NCBI RefSeq assembly: GCF_036321535.1
Contig: NC_087437.1
Coordinates: forward strand, 65,660,001 to 65,724,000
Length of the DNA: 64,000 bases
DNA from: Camelus dromedarius
Taxonomy: Eukaryota
Direction of reading: 5' to 3'
A model generated the notes under the pieces. It did no database searches and had not been told where the DNA came from. It saw only the letters and a list, made by a program, of their open reading frames with translations. This document shows, piece after piece, positions 12,044 to 26,099 of this stretch. The position numbers and the translations under genes are program-made. The number at the start of each line of letters is the position of its first letter. Position 1 is the stretch's first letter.

Positions 12044-13032
12044 GACCTACTTAAACTTACAAGCTTTTGCATAGCAAAGGAAACTATCAACAAAAAGACA
12101 ACCTGCTGAATGAGAAAAAATATTTGCAAATGATGTGACCTATAAGGAGTTAATATCCAGCATATATAAACAGCTCATACAACTCAATATAAAATCAAAC
12201 AACCCAATTAAAAAATGGACAGAAGAACTGAACAGACATCTTTCCAAAGAGGACAACAGGCACATGAAAAGATGTTAAACATAGCTAATCTTCAGGGAAA
12301 TCCAAACCAAAACCACAATATCACCTCACACTGGTTAGAATGGCTATCAAAGAGAATACAAATACAAAATGTTGGTGAGGATGTGTAGAAGAGAATCTTC
12401 CTATACTGTTGGTGAGAATGTGAATTGGTACAGCCACTGTGGGAAACAGTATGGAGTTTTCTCAAAATATTACAAATAGAACTACCATAAGACCCAGCAA
12501 TTCCACCAAAACAAAAACACTAATTTAAAATGATACATGCACCCCAATGTTCATAGCAGCATTATTTACAGTTGCCAAGATATGGAAGCAACCTAACTGT
12601 CCATTAACAGATGAATGGGTACAGATGTGGTAGATATAGCTATAGGTATAGATATAGATACATAAATAGCTATAGATATATACAATGGAATACTAATCAG
12701 CTATTAAAAAGAATAAAATTTTGCCATTTGCAGCAACATGGATATACTTGGGGGACATCATGCTAAGTGAAATAAGTCAGACAGACAAAGGCAAATAGGT
12801 GATATCACTTGCATATGGAATCTAAAAAAAAAAAAAAAAAAACAAGCTAGTGAATAAAACAAAAAAGAAATAGAATAAACTAGTGGTCACCAGTGAGGAG
12901 AGGGAAGTGGGGAAGGGCAATATGAGGAAGGGGAAAAATGGGTTATTATGGGATTATATGAAATCATGTGTGTGAAACTTTTGAAAATTGTAAAGCAGCA
13001 TAGAATTTAAAGAATCTTTCATTCATTAAAAA
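12044..13032 (+). mobile_element. 5'-truncated L1 (ORF2 C-terminus plus 3' UTR)
   Basis: L1 ORF2 3' sequence and A tail. Degenerate TSD aagactatgtggcctga (12027-12043) / aaggatatgtgccctga (13033-13049), 14/17 identical. Confidence 0.9.
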
Positions 13033-13329
13033 AAGGATATGTGCCCTGATTTATACATTTTAAAATGTGGTTACCATATTTATAATCCATCAACTCTTAC
13101 AGAGATTTCCACAGTCCAAGAAAGGAAGATGGCTAAAGGAATCAAGGGTAGTAGCTACAAAAGCATATGTTCTAAAAGATGTGAGAAGCAAAGCAGATGA
13201 TAAGGAAGGAGCTTAACTCCCCTTATGCATATCAGGCTTAATGAAGGCCTTAGTCTTTGACAGTACAGGATAATAGAAGAGGAAAAATACCAAGAGTAGA
13301 TACCAGTTTTATAATCCGTAAACACCAAT

Positions 13330-13720
13330 TTTTGTCCATTTAGTTCATGGTTGTATTGTTGGCACTTACAGTAGTATTTGGCATATGGTAGGTGTCCAAT
13401 AAATATTTGCTGAACAAATAATAATATGTGATATTTATGCTCCATGCTAGAATTTCAGTCCTGAATTTTTTTTAAATGTAATAAAGCCACAAGTTAGATA
13501 AAATGCTTCATTTATTCAACAAGTATATATTGCATCCCTACTTTGTGCTAGGTGGAATGCTAGATGTTATAGGGGACAAAAGAAAAAAAAAAGAGAAAGA
13601 GTAATACTAACTTGAAAGGCTTATAGTAATTGAGTAACAGATATGCAAACAATTAATTATAAACACTATTATGAGAGTAATGTGGCTGATATAAGCAGAG
13701 CCCTGTGATTGCATTGAAAG
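13330..13720. mobile_element. Two L2 3' ends, tail-to-tail
   Basis: ggcatatggtaggtgtccaataaatatttgctgaa (+) and ttcatttattcaacaagtat...ctactttgtgctagg (-). Confidence 0.65.
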
Positions 13721-15562
13721 AATAGCCGATTATTTCTTCCAGGTGCCTCAGTGAAGAAGAGGTCAAAGAATAGAGAAGGCTGGTTTTAGCTCTTCCTGAG
13801 TCTTTTCCTAACCCCTAAGGATTTAAGGAGCAAATGCAATGAGCAAGACATGGTAGCTTTCATAAATTACTATTTCAAGAAGTTTGGTAGTAAAGGAAAA
13901 GGAGAAAGCAGAGAAGATTAAAAAGTAAAATGGGAAGGGCTGGAGGGGATAGGAATCATTCTTGGGCAGAGAGGTAAAACCAGAGAACAAACTGTTAAAG
14001 ATTCAAGAGTAAAGTAAGATAACCAATGAAACATGGTCATAGTCTGTAAGAACTATTTCATTACCTTTTTACTTTCTCCAACTCCTTTCCCACTGCAACC
14101 CTAGCTGATGGCTTTGCCCTTACTAGAGAAAGTACAAGCCATTAAATGAGAATGTCCTGGTTCTCCTACCAACATCTTCAAGACAGTAATAACATCAGCA
14201 CCCTCTGTGCCTTCCCACTCTCACCCCACCCCTTTGGTAATTGAAGAGGGAATTTTCTTACTAACAGTCTCTATCTCCCACCTTGTTCCCCATTTCTCAC
14301 ATTTTAGCCACACTCTCCTCCTATACCACACTTCATATACGTCTTTCTCTTTGTTTATCAGTATGACAATGGGAGCCTCTTGTTTCTTTACATACAAAAT
14401 TATGATCATTTACCCTGATTCTCCAAGCTGTTTTATTTTTAGGGAAAAAATATCCATGAGAGAAAGTCCTACACAGTTATAAGTGAATATAAGATATTTA
14501 TTCATTCTACAATAGGAAAGGTAAAAGTATGGTGAAGGAAAGATTTTCTCTTGCCACACCAGAGAGCACACTTTATCAAGTGGAAAGGAAGATTTAGGAG
14601 AGTCCTACCTACCAGGGTTATAACAGGCTTTATTTGGATTCAGTAAGAATAACAATTTCCTCAGCATATTATTTTTTAAATCATTTAAACTTCTTTTAAA
14701 AATCCCAGATTAATACTAAGCCAGCTGCTGTAGAGTTTGCATGGTGTTTTGATATTCAGATAAAAATAAACAGAAGCCCAGTATTCTTTTCATTTGGCAT
14801 TTAGATTTTTTTAATAAAATAAAAAAGCAGGCTTGCCTCCTGAGTATAAGGAGAGCTTCTAGCTGTAAAAGTCAATCAATCGGGAAGGGCATTTGTGGGT
14901 AGAAGTTGTGAAAAATTGCCAGCTTGACCTTGAAAATAATGAAAAATAATTGAGACTAGTGGCAACGAGCATTTATTTCCCATGTGCTGCAGTCTCTCAC
15001 ATTTTTAATTTTGTTTAAATTTCTGTCCCCTACCACCTACTCACACATACTCATGTGCACTATTAACATCATAATGTATATTAACAAGCCCTCACAGCTG
15101 GTTAAGAAGCTTCTTCAAGCAGGCTAATAACATCTCTTTGACTCAATGATGCTGTGCATAATGTAGTCTTTTAAAACTGTGTCATGTACACAGTTTTATT
15201 AGAAAAGCAGCCAGAAAAATAGAATAGTTCACCCACCCAAAGAGGCAGAAACTAGGAATGCAGTTATATTAGCAAAATCACCCTCGTTTATATATCTCAG
15301 TGGAATTTTTGTGTCCTTATATATATTTCTTTGACTCCATATATGTGCATTGTGGTAGGTTGATAAAATGATAGAATCTCAAGGTTGGGAAAAATATAAA
15401 AGGCCACCTACTGCAATCAACTGTTTATTACTTAAATTATCTCAACAGCATGTGCTCCAAGTGGCCTTCCAGCATGTATCTAAAACATGAAGCCTCCCCT
15501 TCCCAATATCCTACACTTACCTATCCCCAGCAATGTCAAGATGGAGTAAAATGCCTCTAGAG

Positions 15563-15740
15563 AAGAGGTTTTCAACCTTGGCTACACAGTGGAAAATCCA
15601 TGGGAGCTTTTAAAAATCTCCACTCTGAGGCTCCAGACCAGAACAACTAAATCAGAATCTCTGTGGTTGGGACCCAGAAATCAGAATTTTTTAATACTTC
15701 CTAAGTGATTTCAAATGAAGCCAAAGTTGAGAATCACCCC
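15563..15740. mobile_element. MER5A-like hAT-Charlie MITE
   Basis: MER5 body (aaatcagaatctctgtgg...ccaaagttgagaatcac) with perfect 8-bp TSD CTCTAGAG at 15555-15562 and 15741-15748. Confidence 0.9.
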
Positions 15741-16499
15741 CTCTAGAGGCAATACATCCTGGAAAATGATAAAACTGCTTTTATTGTAAGTCAAAATCAG
15801 TCATGCTGCAACTTTGACCTATTGGTCCTAAAGGAAGTTTTCTTGGGAATTCTTGGCTGAAGCTCAGGGAAAGACTCTTATCTCCTTGCTAGATCAAAAA
15901 TTAAATAATAGGTTATTTTATAAGCATGAGTAAAAGGTTCAAAACTATGAGTGACAGATATCACATTAACTCCCATTTGTTTTCTAGCCCTTGAAGGAAG
16001 TATCTCTTTTCTGAAACTTTTCCACACTTGAGCAGAAAAGAACCCTCTGTCTAAAGAGTGGACAGAAAAAGTTTCATGTAGATTCTGGGTCAAGGGACAT
16101 GATCCTGTCACTACTTCTCTACCCAAGAGATACCTGCTCATCTCCTTCTCATGTGAGATGTAGTAACTTCCAACTAAACATTTCCTTTTAGGACACTGAA
16201 TGATGGGTTTCCTCTACACCTAGAGATATTGCAAAGTAACAATCATACAAAAATCCTCAGAACATGCAGCAAGATATTAAGACTGTAAAACATCTCAAGA
16301 TATTGTTTCTTTCTTTTTTTTGTTATAAATATATAAATGATGTCTTGGGAAATAAATGGTGTAAATCTTGCAGTATCATTTTCTCCTAGTGGCTAATCAT
16401 CAAGTCCATCCATTCTCAGAAGAAGAAAGCATTGTCACATCTCTAATGATCTAAGTGAACCAAGATGGACAGCCCAAGTATGGTAATCTCCCTTCCACG

Positions 16500-16730
16500 T
16501 GAAGGACTCTAGAAATATTTAATAACAGATATCACTTCTTCAATTTCTTTCTTCTCTACATTAAATATAGCCTCAGTTTCTTTAACTATTCCTCATAAAA
16601 CATGGCTTTACTTTCCCTCAATATCTTGGCTACTTTCCTCCTATTACTTTCCAAATACCTATAGCCCTCTTAAATTATGGTTCCCAGAAATATGGAGACA
16701 ATCTTCTTGACCCTAGATACCATAAAATAG
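16500..16730 (-). mobile_element. CR1/L3 fragment
   Basis: ctcagtttctttaactattcctcata...ccctcttaaattatggttcccagaa resembles the L3 ORF2 3' region in reverse. Confidence 0.5.
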
Positions 16731-16859
16731 AAGTCCTCTTACTTAAAATATTGAGCTAAGTAGTTGATCAATATTTTTTTTAAATTTACTAATATCAAGA
16801 ACCATTAAATAAGTGATACGGCTCCTATCACTATATATAGTGGTACACTATCAATGGAA

Positions 16860-19250
16860 GGTTATAGTCTCAGGCCTGAACAATTAAAAGAATGGAGTTG
16901 CCATTAGTTGGTCAGGGAACAACTTAGGAAAGAGAAGGTTTTGAAGAAAGGGCAGATCAGGACTTAATTTTGGACCTGTTAATATTTAGGTCTTTGTTAG
17001 TTGGTAGTTGGATATTTAAGTCAGGTATTCAGGGAAGAGGCCTAAGCTATGAATATTAGAAAGATATAAATTTGTGAGTCATCAGCATTTAGATGGTATT
17101 TTAAGGCATGATTTTGGAAGAGACCACCAAGAGAATGAATATAGATAGAAAAGAGAAGAAGTACAAAGACTGAGCCCTATGGCATTCCAACACAAGTAGG
17201 TAATGACCTGGGAACAAGAATTAAAAGGACCAAGAGATAGTTGAAAAACCAATAGAGTGTGTTCTTTGGGCCAAGTGAATGGAAGGCATGCTCAACTGTG
17301 TCAAATACTGCTGAAAATCTGTAAGATGAAGACTTGAGGTCATGGATGATATTGACAGGAGTGGTTGTGATAGAGTGGCAAGAGCAAAAGCTTATTTAGC
17401 AAAGATTAAAAACAAATGGGAATAGAGGAATTGGAGATCAAGTGTATAAATACATTTTTCTTTGGGTTTTGTGGTAAAGGGAAGAAGAGAAATGGCACAT
17501 AGCTGAAGGGAAGTGAGATCAAGAGAAGGGAGTTTGGTTTTGTTTTTTTTTTTGAGATAGAATATAAACAGCATGTTTATTTATTATTAGGAAAAATCCA
17601 TTAGAGAGGAAGAAATCAATGATGCATGAAAAGTGGGGAAAATAGTTGGACATATTCTTGAGTAGGAGAGAAGGGAAAAGACTGAGAACACAAGTTGAGA
17701 GCCTAACCTTATCTAGAAGTACATAGGATTTATCCATAATAACAGGGGAGAAAGCAGAGTATATGGTCACAGATGCATAAGGGTAGATAGAAAAGGTGAT
17801 GATGCTTTTGGAAGTTCTTTAATTATTGCTTCTATATTCTCAGGAAAAGAGGAAGAAAGATCATAAACTAAAAGTGAGGATGAAGGAAGAAGTGTTAGAG
17901 GTTTAAGAAGAAAAAAGGAATGAAATAATTATCTAAGTCTAACAGAGTGGGAGTATAATTGCTAGGCAGCCTTAAGGGCCCACTTAACGATTAATGATAA
18001 TGAATATAAATTGAGATCAGTCAGTATAGTTGTGTGTTTTTCTTTAGTCATGTCAACTAAACAAGTACAGGCATGCAAGAGGCATAAAATTGGTTTTAAC
18101 TAGGATTGAAGACAAGTGAGAACAATACCGTGAGAAAGCAGAAATAGGCCGAAGAGTATAGGCAAGGGAGTTAATATAATGATTGACTATGGAATTCAAG
18201 CTGAATAACTAAGGAAGTGAAGACATAAGTGATGACATAGTGAAAAGGAAATAGGGTAGATACTTTATTGCTCCTGGTGGGTTTGTTAGGCAATTAGATA
18301 GAAGTGAGCACTGGGCAAGAGGAGAGGAAGGTGGAGGGAGCAACTCAGAAAATAACAGTACACCTGCGCTCAGGATAAGGGGTCCAAAAACTTTTAACTT
18401 CTCTAAATGAGGGCCAGCAAAGAAGTTGGCTAGAACTGAAGGCTGTGGCTGCTCAGTAGAGAGAAGGACCTGGCTTAACTTGACCCAATGCTCATTATAA
18501 TGTAATTAACATTGCAGTTTGAGCCCCCTCCCTTAGATTTGTTTCTCTGTGTGCATCATGGGTAGGGACATGTGCGAAAGGGATGGGCATGCCTGAGCAC
18601 AAGGAACGTGAGCAGTTAATCAATCAATCATGAAAACGCCCCCTAAGCCAAGATATAAGAACAGGAAAAAACAAAGGAGTGGCACCATTCTTTCCTCTCT
18701 TGGGTTGGCTTGACCCCAGTTCTCAGGAGTGTACTATATTTTACCACCTTTTTACTTTACTAATCAAATCTTCTGTTTATATCATGCTTTCTGTCTCTCA
18801 TTAAAAATTCATTTTCTTCAGGTAAATAGAACCGAGATAACTTTTTTCCCCTCTCCTGGTAACAGGTTCAAGGGATTATTGGAATTGAGACGCTGAAAGA
18901 AATGAGCTAGGAAGGTTAAAGGAAGGGGTAGTCAGTCAAAGCTTGACATTGAAATCATACAAGGGTTTCAGTTATTGACAAGCACAGGGTTTAAGTTATG
19001 ACCTATAGGGGGCTGAGGTAAGATGAAAGACAAGGTCACTGGAAGAAAGGAAGTCAAGAAACTGAAAAATCAGGCAGTTGGAAGGATCATTTGCGTGCAT
19101 AAAGAAATCACCAAGAATCAAGATAGGAGTATTACTGGAGAGAGTGACAAAAATGAAGAGGAGTAATCTTCTGGGGGTCAGTACATGACTGCAAACAGGT
19201 GGGGTAGTGGGTGGAATAGACATCTGATGACATAAGAATCAAATCTTAAG
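16860..19250 (-). mobile_element. Long L2 LINE fragment interrupted by an ERV1 solo LTR
   Basis: L2 antisense hallmarks ggagttgccatt, gagtcatcagcatttagatggtatt, gactgagccct, tgtgtcaaatactgctga; sequence resumes after 18868. Confidence 0.8.
18284..18864 (+). mobile_element. ERV1-class solo LTR (581 bp)
   Basis: Inverted termini TGTTA...TAACA; 4-bp TSD GGTT at 18280-18283 and 18865-18868; TATA-like gatataag near 18652. Confidence 0.85.
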
Positions 19251-20399
19251 AGAGAGATGATTTAAACTTTGTTTTGGATATTTCTTTATGCAACATACTC
19301 ATTTTCATCTCCAGTTTATCACTGATATTGGTTTAGCACATATTCTACATTTTTATTTGTGATTTGGATGAAATTATAGAATAAAACAAATCTAAGGACA
19401 GAGCTCCAAACCATGACACTAGAAACCTCTGTCCAAGTTGATACTGACCCACTAATAAACATCCAACAAATTAGGCTATGGTTTAATAATTTACCTATCT
19501 TTTCTATCCATAAGACTGTCCAGTATTGTTAGATATATTGTGCCTTATTATTGAAACTTTGACATTTTTTATCAAGTTCAATATTTTTCAAATTAGAATA
19601 TGCTATTCCTAGTAGTTCAAAGATACATCCTCAGAGGTCTTCAAGTTCCATATGAGAAGTATTCTAATGTTCTTTTATTTTAAAAATTATATCAATACAG
19701 AAATATTCAATATAATTTGGATGACCTCTTTATATTGTCCTTTACTGAGGACTCCCACGCTTCTGTTTCTGGGTCTGCATTTATCCTCACATTGGTACCA
19801 AGAACTACTACTTTAATTGTTAATTTAAAAAATTGAGGATGCCTTAATACTTAAATGATGCATGCACACAAAAAGCAGGCCAAATGACATCATTATGTCC
19901 TCTCTAAGTGATGATTTTGCAGTGTTTCAAATAAAGAAAAGACGTGGGTGACCTGAATCATCACATGGCATGTGGTAGGATTGGAAGACCAAACCCATGG
20001 AAGTTAGTACCACGTTCACATAGATAAACTGGGATTTTAGCTCATCTAAACAATATCAACTGTCACATGAAATTAACAGGATGAATTTAATAATACTTAT
20101 TTTGTAGCTTTATTAGAGTCATATTGGATGATCTTGGTATATAGTTTCATTTATATTTAATTACCATTAAAATAAAAATAATTTAGATAGTCTATCCTCT
20201 TCCCTCTTGGTAAGATTTAATTATTACCTAAGTTTGAGAAACACTAGTCTTTTCTATTTTCCTTATATTTCTAGTCTAATGACTCTGATTTTTAAAAGTA
20301 AGAGAGTAAAATACCCAATATGTCTTGTCTTTTATGACTCAGTGCTGGTAACCAGGAAACTATCCACTTTTCTACATCCTCTAAAGTCACTCTTGTAGT

Positions 20400-21200
20400 A
20401 CTGTCAGTAACACTCCCCACCCCATAATCTCAATAGCTTAACAAAAGTTTCTAGCAACCTCATACTGCAAGTCACATGTAAAATAACAGAGAAGCTCTCC
20501 TCATCACAGTCTCTCAAACACCCATGCTAGCAGACTTCATCTGGTCAGGAGCTTCCCAGTGGCAAACTGCAAACACAAGCTCTTTAAAGTTTCCACCTAG
20601 AATTACTACATATTGTTTCCAATCACATTTTCATTGGCCAAAAAAAAAAAAAAAAATCATTTGACCAATCTTTCTAAGAGACTGGGAAGGCCAGTCCTAC
20701 CACATAAGTGGTAGGGGAATTGGAAAGATAATACTAATGACTGCCCATATACCTAGAATCTTACAGGATAAATACCATATTCCCCAGTTTAGAACAAACA
20801 TTTGTGTCAATTAGAGTTCTTTGTTTGCAAACAACAGAAATTGACTCTAGCTATCTTAAGCAACAAAAAAGAATTCATTGAAAGGCCAAAAAAGAGAAGA
20901 TTAAATAACCAGGCTCAGAAAGATCAAAAACCAGAGCCATTTTGACTGTCTCAGTAATAAGAATAAATGAATGGTCTCTTCACACTGTCCTTATTAGGGT
21001 GAATGAAATCCACACAAATTCAGTCTTTTTGATGCTCATCTAGGGGTTAGGAATTGATTGGTTATAATGAGTCACAGGGCCACCCCATGGCTAGGGGACA
21101 TCAAGTAACCCTAATATCCCATTCCAGTGGGCAAAGTGGTAATTTCTCAAAAGAAGAATCAGTGTTGCTATGAAAAGAAGGATAGAGGGACACTGGGAAG
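20400..21200 (-). mobile_element. Old MaLR LTR fragments (MLT1J/K/L-like)
   Basis: tgtgtcaattagagttctttgtttgcaaacaacagaaattgactctagct; tcacattttcattggcc. Confidence 0.5.
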
Positions 21201-22744
21201 CCAAAAGATAACCTTTTTTCCCTATTGAAAATTTGAACTTCGTTAAACTGTCTCCTGGCATCTCTTCAATTCTTGATTTCTCAGAAGTTTATTGTTAGTC
21301 TCGTGACCAAAGAATGTGAGACTGAGAAAGAAAAAGATCCTATCTGCGCACAATTATCTCTCCTACTGATATGTCACATAACTGAATTCTTTCACCATTA
21401 TAGACATTGTTTTGTGCAGTCATCATCTCCAAGAGGGGTTTAACACCAATCACCACTAAAACAATTCACAGATAAATTTGAGAGATTAGATGACCATAAT
21501 TTATCAGAGCAAGAGACTATGTGGGAAGGAAATGAAGGACCGTGAGGATATATTTAAAAGTCTGCATTCTGAACAACTTCTGGAGAGAGGTCCTGGGCAG
21601 TCTTAAGTACTAGTATTATGATTTGGAAAAGGAGCCACAGGGAAACATTTTTACAGCAAGAGAATGAATACAAAATGCTTTCTTTCATTCCACACTTGCA
21701 GCATCTGACCTTTGAAATTTGGCTACTATTGAGTTCTTCATGAGTACCACCTGTTTTTCCTACTTTGGCGACTCAGTTATAAATAAAATGAGTTATTAAT
21801 ATTTGGCAATGCAACTTCAAACTCTGAATAGAAAGTTTTACTGACTACTCTGCCTAGTCCTTGAAGACAGATGGATCGAGCATGTGTGCATCATTTGAAA
21901 AGGCAGTAGTTTGCAATGGAGGGCCAAAATTTCGTTCTGTCCACCCCGCCCCCACACACACTGCTTCTGCAGGCTGAGCTCTCCGGATAATCAGAGACAG
22001 TTCTGCACATGTGAGAAAAAGACAATAGCACAAGCCTAGGATAGGTTTGTATTATACTTAGTTACTTTTATTTATTTAATTTTTTAAAGAGAATGATGCC
22101 AAAGAGTCCCTAGATATGCTTATAATATAAAGCATAGTATGATCTTTATAACCAAATTCTCCCAGTAGAATATCTCACTGGTCATAAATTAAGCAATCTG
22201 GTTGCTGCACTTACTCTCTCAGACCTTAAGTAACTGCCACTTTGCAGAATGGCCCAAATGCAGAAACAAATACAAAGTAAAGCAATGGGCTTCTACGTCA
22301 GTTTACTATGTCAGTTTACTAATAAATTGCCACTTCAGTTCCCTAAATGAATTTCTAGTTGTCTAAAAAAAAGTTGACATTGATTTTAAACCCTGTGAAA
22401 TTTCTAGAAAGGAACTTAGAAGCTAGTAGAAAAATTGATAAATTATTTAGATTTTAAAAGATTAAAGATGAAATAAAGAAAACAATCACCTTATTCATTC
22501 CTTAGGCCAAGAAGTTAGTCAATTTTTCTAAGAAGCAATGTGGGGCACAGTGATCTTAAATTTTAAGGGTTTACTCCAAGAATGGACTAAGAAATGCATT
22601 ATATACAAGGCTGCTGTCTACACTATAGAAATGCTTTATACAAAATACTACCAGTAGCAGTATAGTGGATTGAAGCAGCTATTTGCTACAAGCTAATTTG
22701 GGCGGGGGGTGGCTAAACCTTTGTGGGGTCACTATAGACTAGAG

Positions 22745-23060
22745 ATTGGATCTAAAGCTGAATCTAATCGTGTCATCATGTCATTCTCCTGATTAACATA
22801 TTCCAATGGTATCCCATGGAATATCCCATCTTTGATTAAAGTCTAAAATTTGTGATTTGTGACATGGCCTGTGGTATCCTGCAGGATCCAATCCTGTCAA
22901 GCTCCTCCTCACCTCAGGTTCTTTGCAAATACGCTCCCTTAACAGGGATACTTGTTCTCCATTTGGTTAAGTGGCTACCTCCTCATGTCTTTCAGGCCCC
23001 CACTTAGGCTTGCTTAGTCTTCCCTAGCTCCTGGAAGATGTCAGGTCTCCTAATTACATT
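22745..23060 (+). mobile_element. L2 fragment
   Basis: ctaaagctgaatctaatcgtgtca...ttccaatgg...acctcaggttctttgca. Confidence 0.5.
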
Positions 23061-23149
23061 CCTTTGTTTAAAAAATCAAAAATAAAGAAGCCAGGGTTAT
23101 TATAAGTTAATGATGAGCAATAATTTATAATAGCAATAGAGCAAAGACA

Positions 23150-23667
23150 TTTCTCAAATTCAGAAACAGATTGTTCCCAAAATCTCATTTGTACATAAAT
23201 CTTTTTTTTTAAGTGTGGAATATGTTTTTTCAATCATACTTGAAGTCCCAGATTAATTCAAAAAGACTGATCCACCCAAAAACATGTTTGAGTATTATAC
23301 TTTCAGTATTATTTCAACTACATTTAGCCACAGTTTATAATATTATTTATATAGGAAAAGACATTCTGAATTCTACATAAAGACACCAGGAATACATTTA
23401 TCCTATGGTAGCAGCTTTCCCTTGACACTCTACCTCCCATGACAGAGATGGTAGAGGGGCTTAGGGAAGAAGAGGTGGAAAGAGAAGTTCTGATATAGAA
23501 GGACCTCTACACGTCCCTTCTTGTGTGATCTGCAATAGGAGAACAACTAGCAGGGGTTTCACGGATGGGAAGAGTGGTACGTGGAACAGGGTTATAATAT
23601 TGAGAAAATATCCCAAAGGTTCCAGTTGTTTGTAAATCAGATGTTCTTACATCAGGGAGTACTTGTC
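23150..23667. mobile_element. Possible TcMar-Tigger (MER44-like) remnant
   Basis: End motif gtttgtaaatcagatgttcttacatcaggggagtacttg resembles Tigger/MER44 termini. Confidence 0.3.
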
Positions 23668-24381
23668 CTCATTTCTATTAGCTAAGACACACTCTTCCCA
23701 AAATAATAATTAGAAGAATTAAACATGAAGCCAGAGAGAAGGTATTTGAATAATTTATGCAAAAGCCAGAAGATTTATACCTGCTCTGTCCAGAGAACAC
23801 CTTGCTAGGGATTGAAATTCTTGTGTCTACCTGCCAGACAGACAGTGCTATTTTCCTTGGATGCTGCTAGCTAAAGACTCACAATCTTTTCCCCTTTCCT
23901 TCTCTTCCTTTTTAATATTCCCTATTAGTCCACAAAGTGCTTTGGTCATTAAAGCCTTACCTCTCAATATAATTTCCAAGGTTAGAGCTTATCCTTCATC
24001 ATCACATTTTAGATTGGCTTCCTCATGAGATGTTAGGAGAGCAGACACCTTAATCTCAGTAGCAACAATTTATAAATCATATTGTAAGTGGGTCTCTACT
24101 GTGAAACTCTTTTGCAAAGAGTGCTGTCTACGATGTGTTGGTTCCTGTGTCTCACTCCTAAATTTAAAGCTCTAACTTACACTGAGAGTGTTTTGACATT
24201 TATCCTCTTCTTATATTTCTCGTGTCTCATTTTCCAAACCCATTGCCTCAAGTCTATGTTAAAACTACATACGAATCCAGACAAGGGAAGTGGATGGTGG
24301 TTGTATGTTTTGTGGAGAGGGGTGGGGATGACCAGAGAACATTTGTATAGAAGAGGATCTTAAAGGCAGCAATCTGATTGT

Positions 24382-24656
24382 CTTCTTTTTTTCCCCCCAT
24401 GGTAAGTAATTTTCTTTTTCCTTTTTTTTTTTTTTTTGCAATTTTTTATTGAGTTATAATCATTTTACAATGTTGTATCAATTTCCAGTGTAGAGCACAA
24501 TTTTTCAGTTATACATGATCATACATATATTCATTGTCACATTCTTTTTCACTGTGAGCTACCACAAGATCTTGTATATATTTCCCTGTACTATACAGTA
24601 CAATCTTGTTTATCTATTCTACATATGCCTGTCAGTATCTACAAATTTCAAACTCC
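24382..24656 (-). mobile_element. Young, short 5'-truncated L1 3' end (camelid-type)
   Basis: L1 3' UTR in reverse with a T16 run (24422-24437). Perfect 15-bp TSD cagcaatctgattgt at 24367-24381 and 24657-24671. Confidence 0.9.
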
Positions 24657-25379
24657 CAGCAATCTGATTGTTAGGAGAACAGGGGGACTTAAATTTATGA
24701 TTGAGAAGTGAGCAAACTGTTTTTTCTAGGCATCTGTGTTTTTTTGAGGGTAGCTTAAGAGTGGATGTGGCCTTTTTGATAGATTTTTTTTTCTTTGTTT
24801 CACCGCTTTTCATAGTACTGATATGGGTAAAGAAAAGGTTTTCTTCTCTACCGTGAGGATCATCAGCAGTTCAAATGTGATAATAAATGGCGATTGGTAT
24901 AGGTTTTAGTCTTGAGGAGAAAAAAGGTGTCACAGGAATATGGCAAAATGGATAGTGCCTCATCTAAAAGAAGCAGCTGCTACTTGGTTCAAGTGGATTA
25001 TTACCATTTAGGAATGTGGGTGCTATACTATCAGTCTTTTCAATTTTTTTAAAGAAGCCAGAAATCCAGACTTTTTTGTGAGCTCTCCCAATTTTTTTCA
25101 GCGTTAGCTCAAGCTAATGCTTTTTTGTGGCTTTACAAGACAGTATGGTATCTTTTTTTTCAGGAGACACTGACATTCATTCTATCTCGACTGACTCATT
25201 TGGTGGGAACAAGAAGTCCACATGCCAATGCAAATAAGAAGAGGGAAGAGGTTCAGGGAGGGGGAGGAGTAGGGGAGACATTCTGCAATTTATAAAGATA
25301 ATAAGTATTGGTGCCTCATTATAAGTATATATATATATTCTACCAAACTGAATTCTTGAGATGTTAAAAACATGTACGA

Positions 25380-25705
25380 TAGTGAGAAATTTAGTTTTAA
25401 AAAGAAGCACTATAACCTCTAAAACAGGAGAAAAAGAAAGAATATTGGGATATAGAACTGTGATAAGCCTAGAAAGATCTGTTCTTATAAAGAATTGAAG
25501 TTGGTTAGTAGCAAAAATACAGAAAAATGCCCTGTATTATAAGTAACAAAATTCAAGATGCAATCTAGGAGGGGTACCAAAGGGCTTTAACTATATTGCT
25601 GGTGTTTTATTTCTTAAGATGGGTGGTGGATATGTGAATGTCTACTATAAATTGTTATAAATTTTTATATGTCTGAACTATTTCATAATAGCACATTTTA
25701 AAAGA
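25380..25705 (+). mobile_element. Old L1 3' end (L1MC/ME-like)
   Basis: gggctttaactatattgctggtgttttatttcttaagatgggtggtgg. Confidence 0.6.
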
Positions 25706-26099
25706 ATAAATGTTAGGCTTTTGTCAGACCTTTAAATGGCTTTTCTACCAAACAATTTTATTTTCTTTTCAAGGGCAAAAAAGCAAACGGTCCTTAGACT
25801 TTTCTTCCCTCACTAAAAATCTCAGCCTCTGACAGATGACAGGCGACTGTGAGCTGACAACCACACCTCAGGTTGGCAGTAACATTGAGAGGTTACCAGA
25901 AATGTGCTAGCTGATAGCACAGCCATGACTCCAGCAATTGGACCCTAGATATCTGTTTGCTCTCTGAACGCAAAGGTATTTATGAATGCCAGTGTTCAAG
26001 AGTCTGCTGTGATTTCTAGAAGGAGGTAATTAGGAGAGATTAGTTATTCCTTAGTAATAACCAGGCACCACACTGGGCATACGAATTCTTGTCATCAGC

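Noticed and set aside
24395..24412. Resemblance of ttacttaccatgg (minus strand) to the U1 snRNA 5' end
   Set aside because: Similarity stops after about 9 nt; it is just the complement of a splice-donor-like motif.
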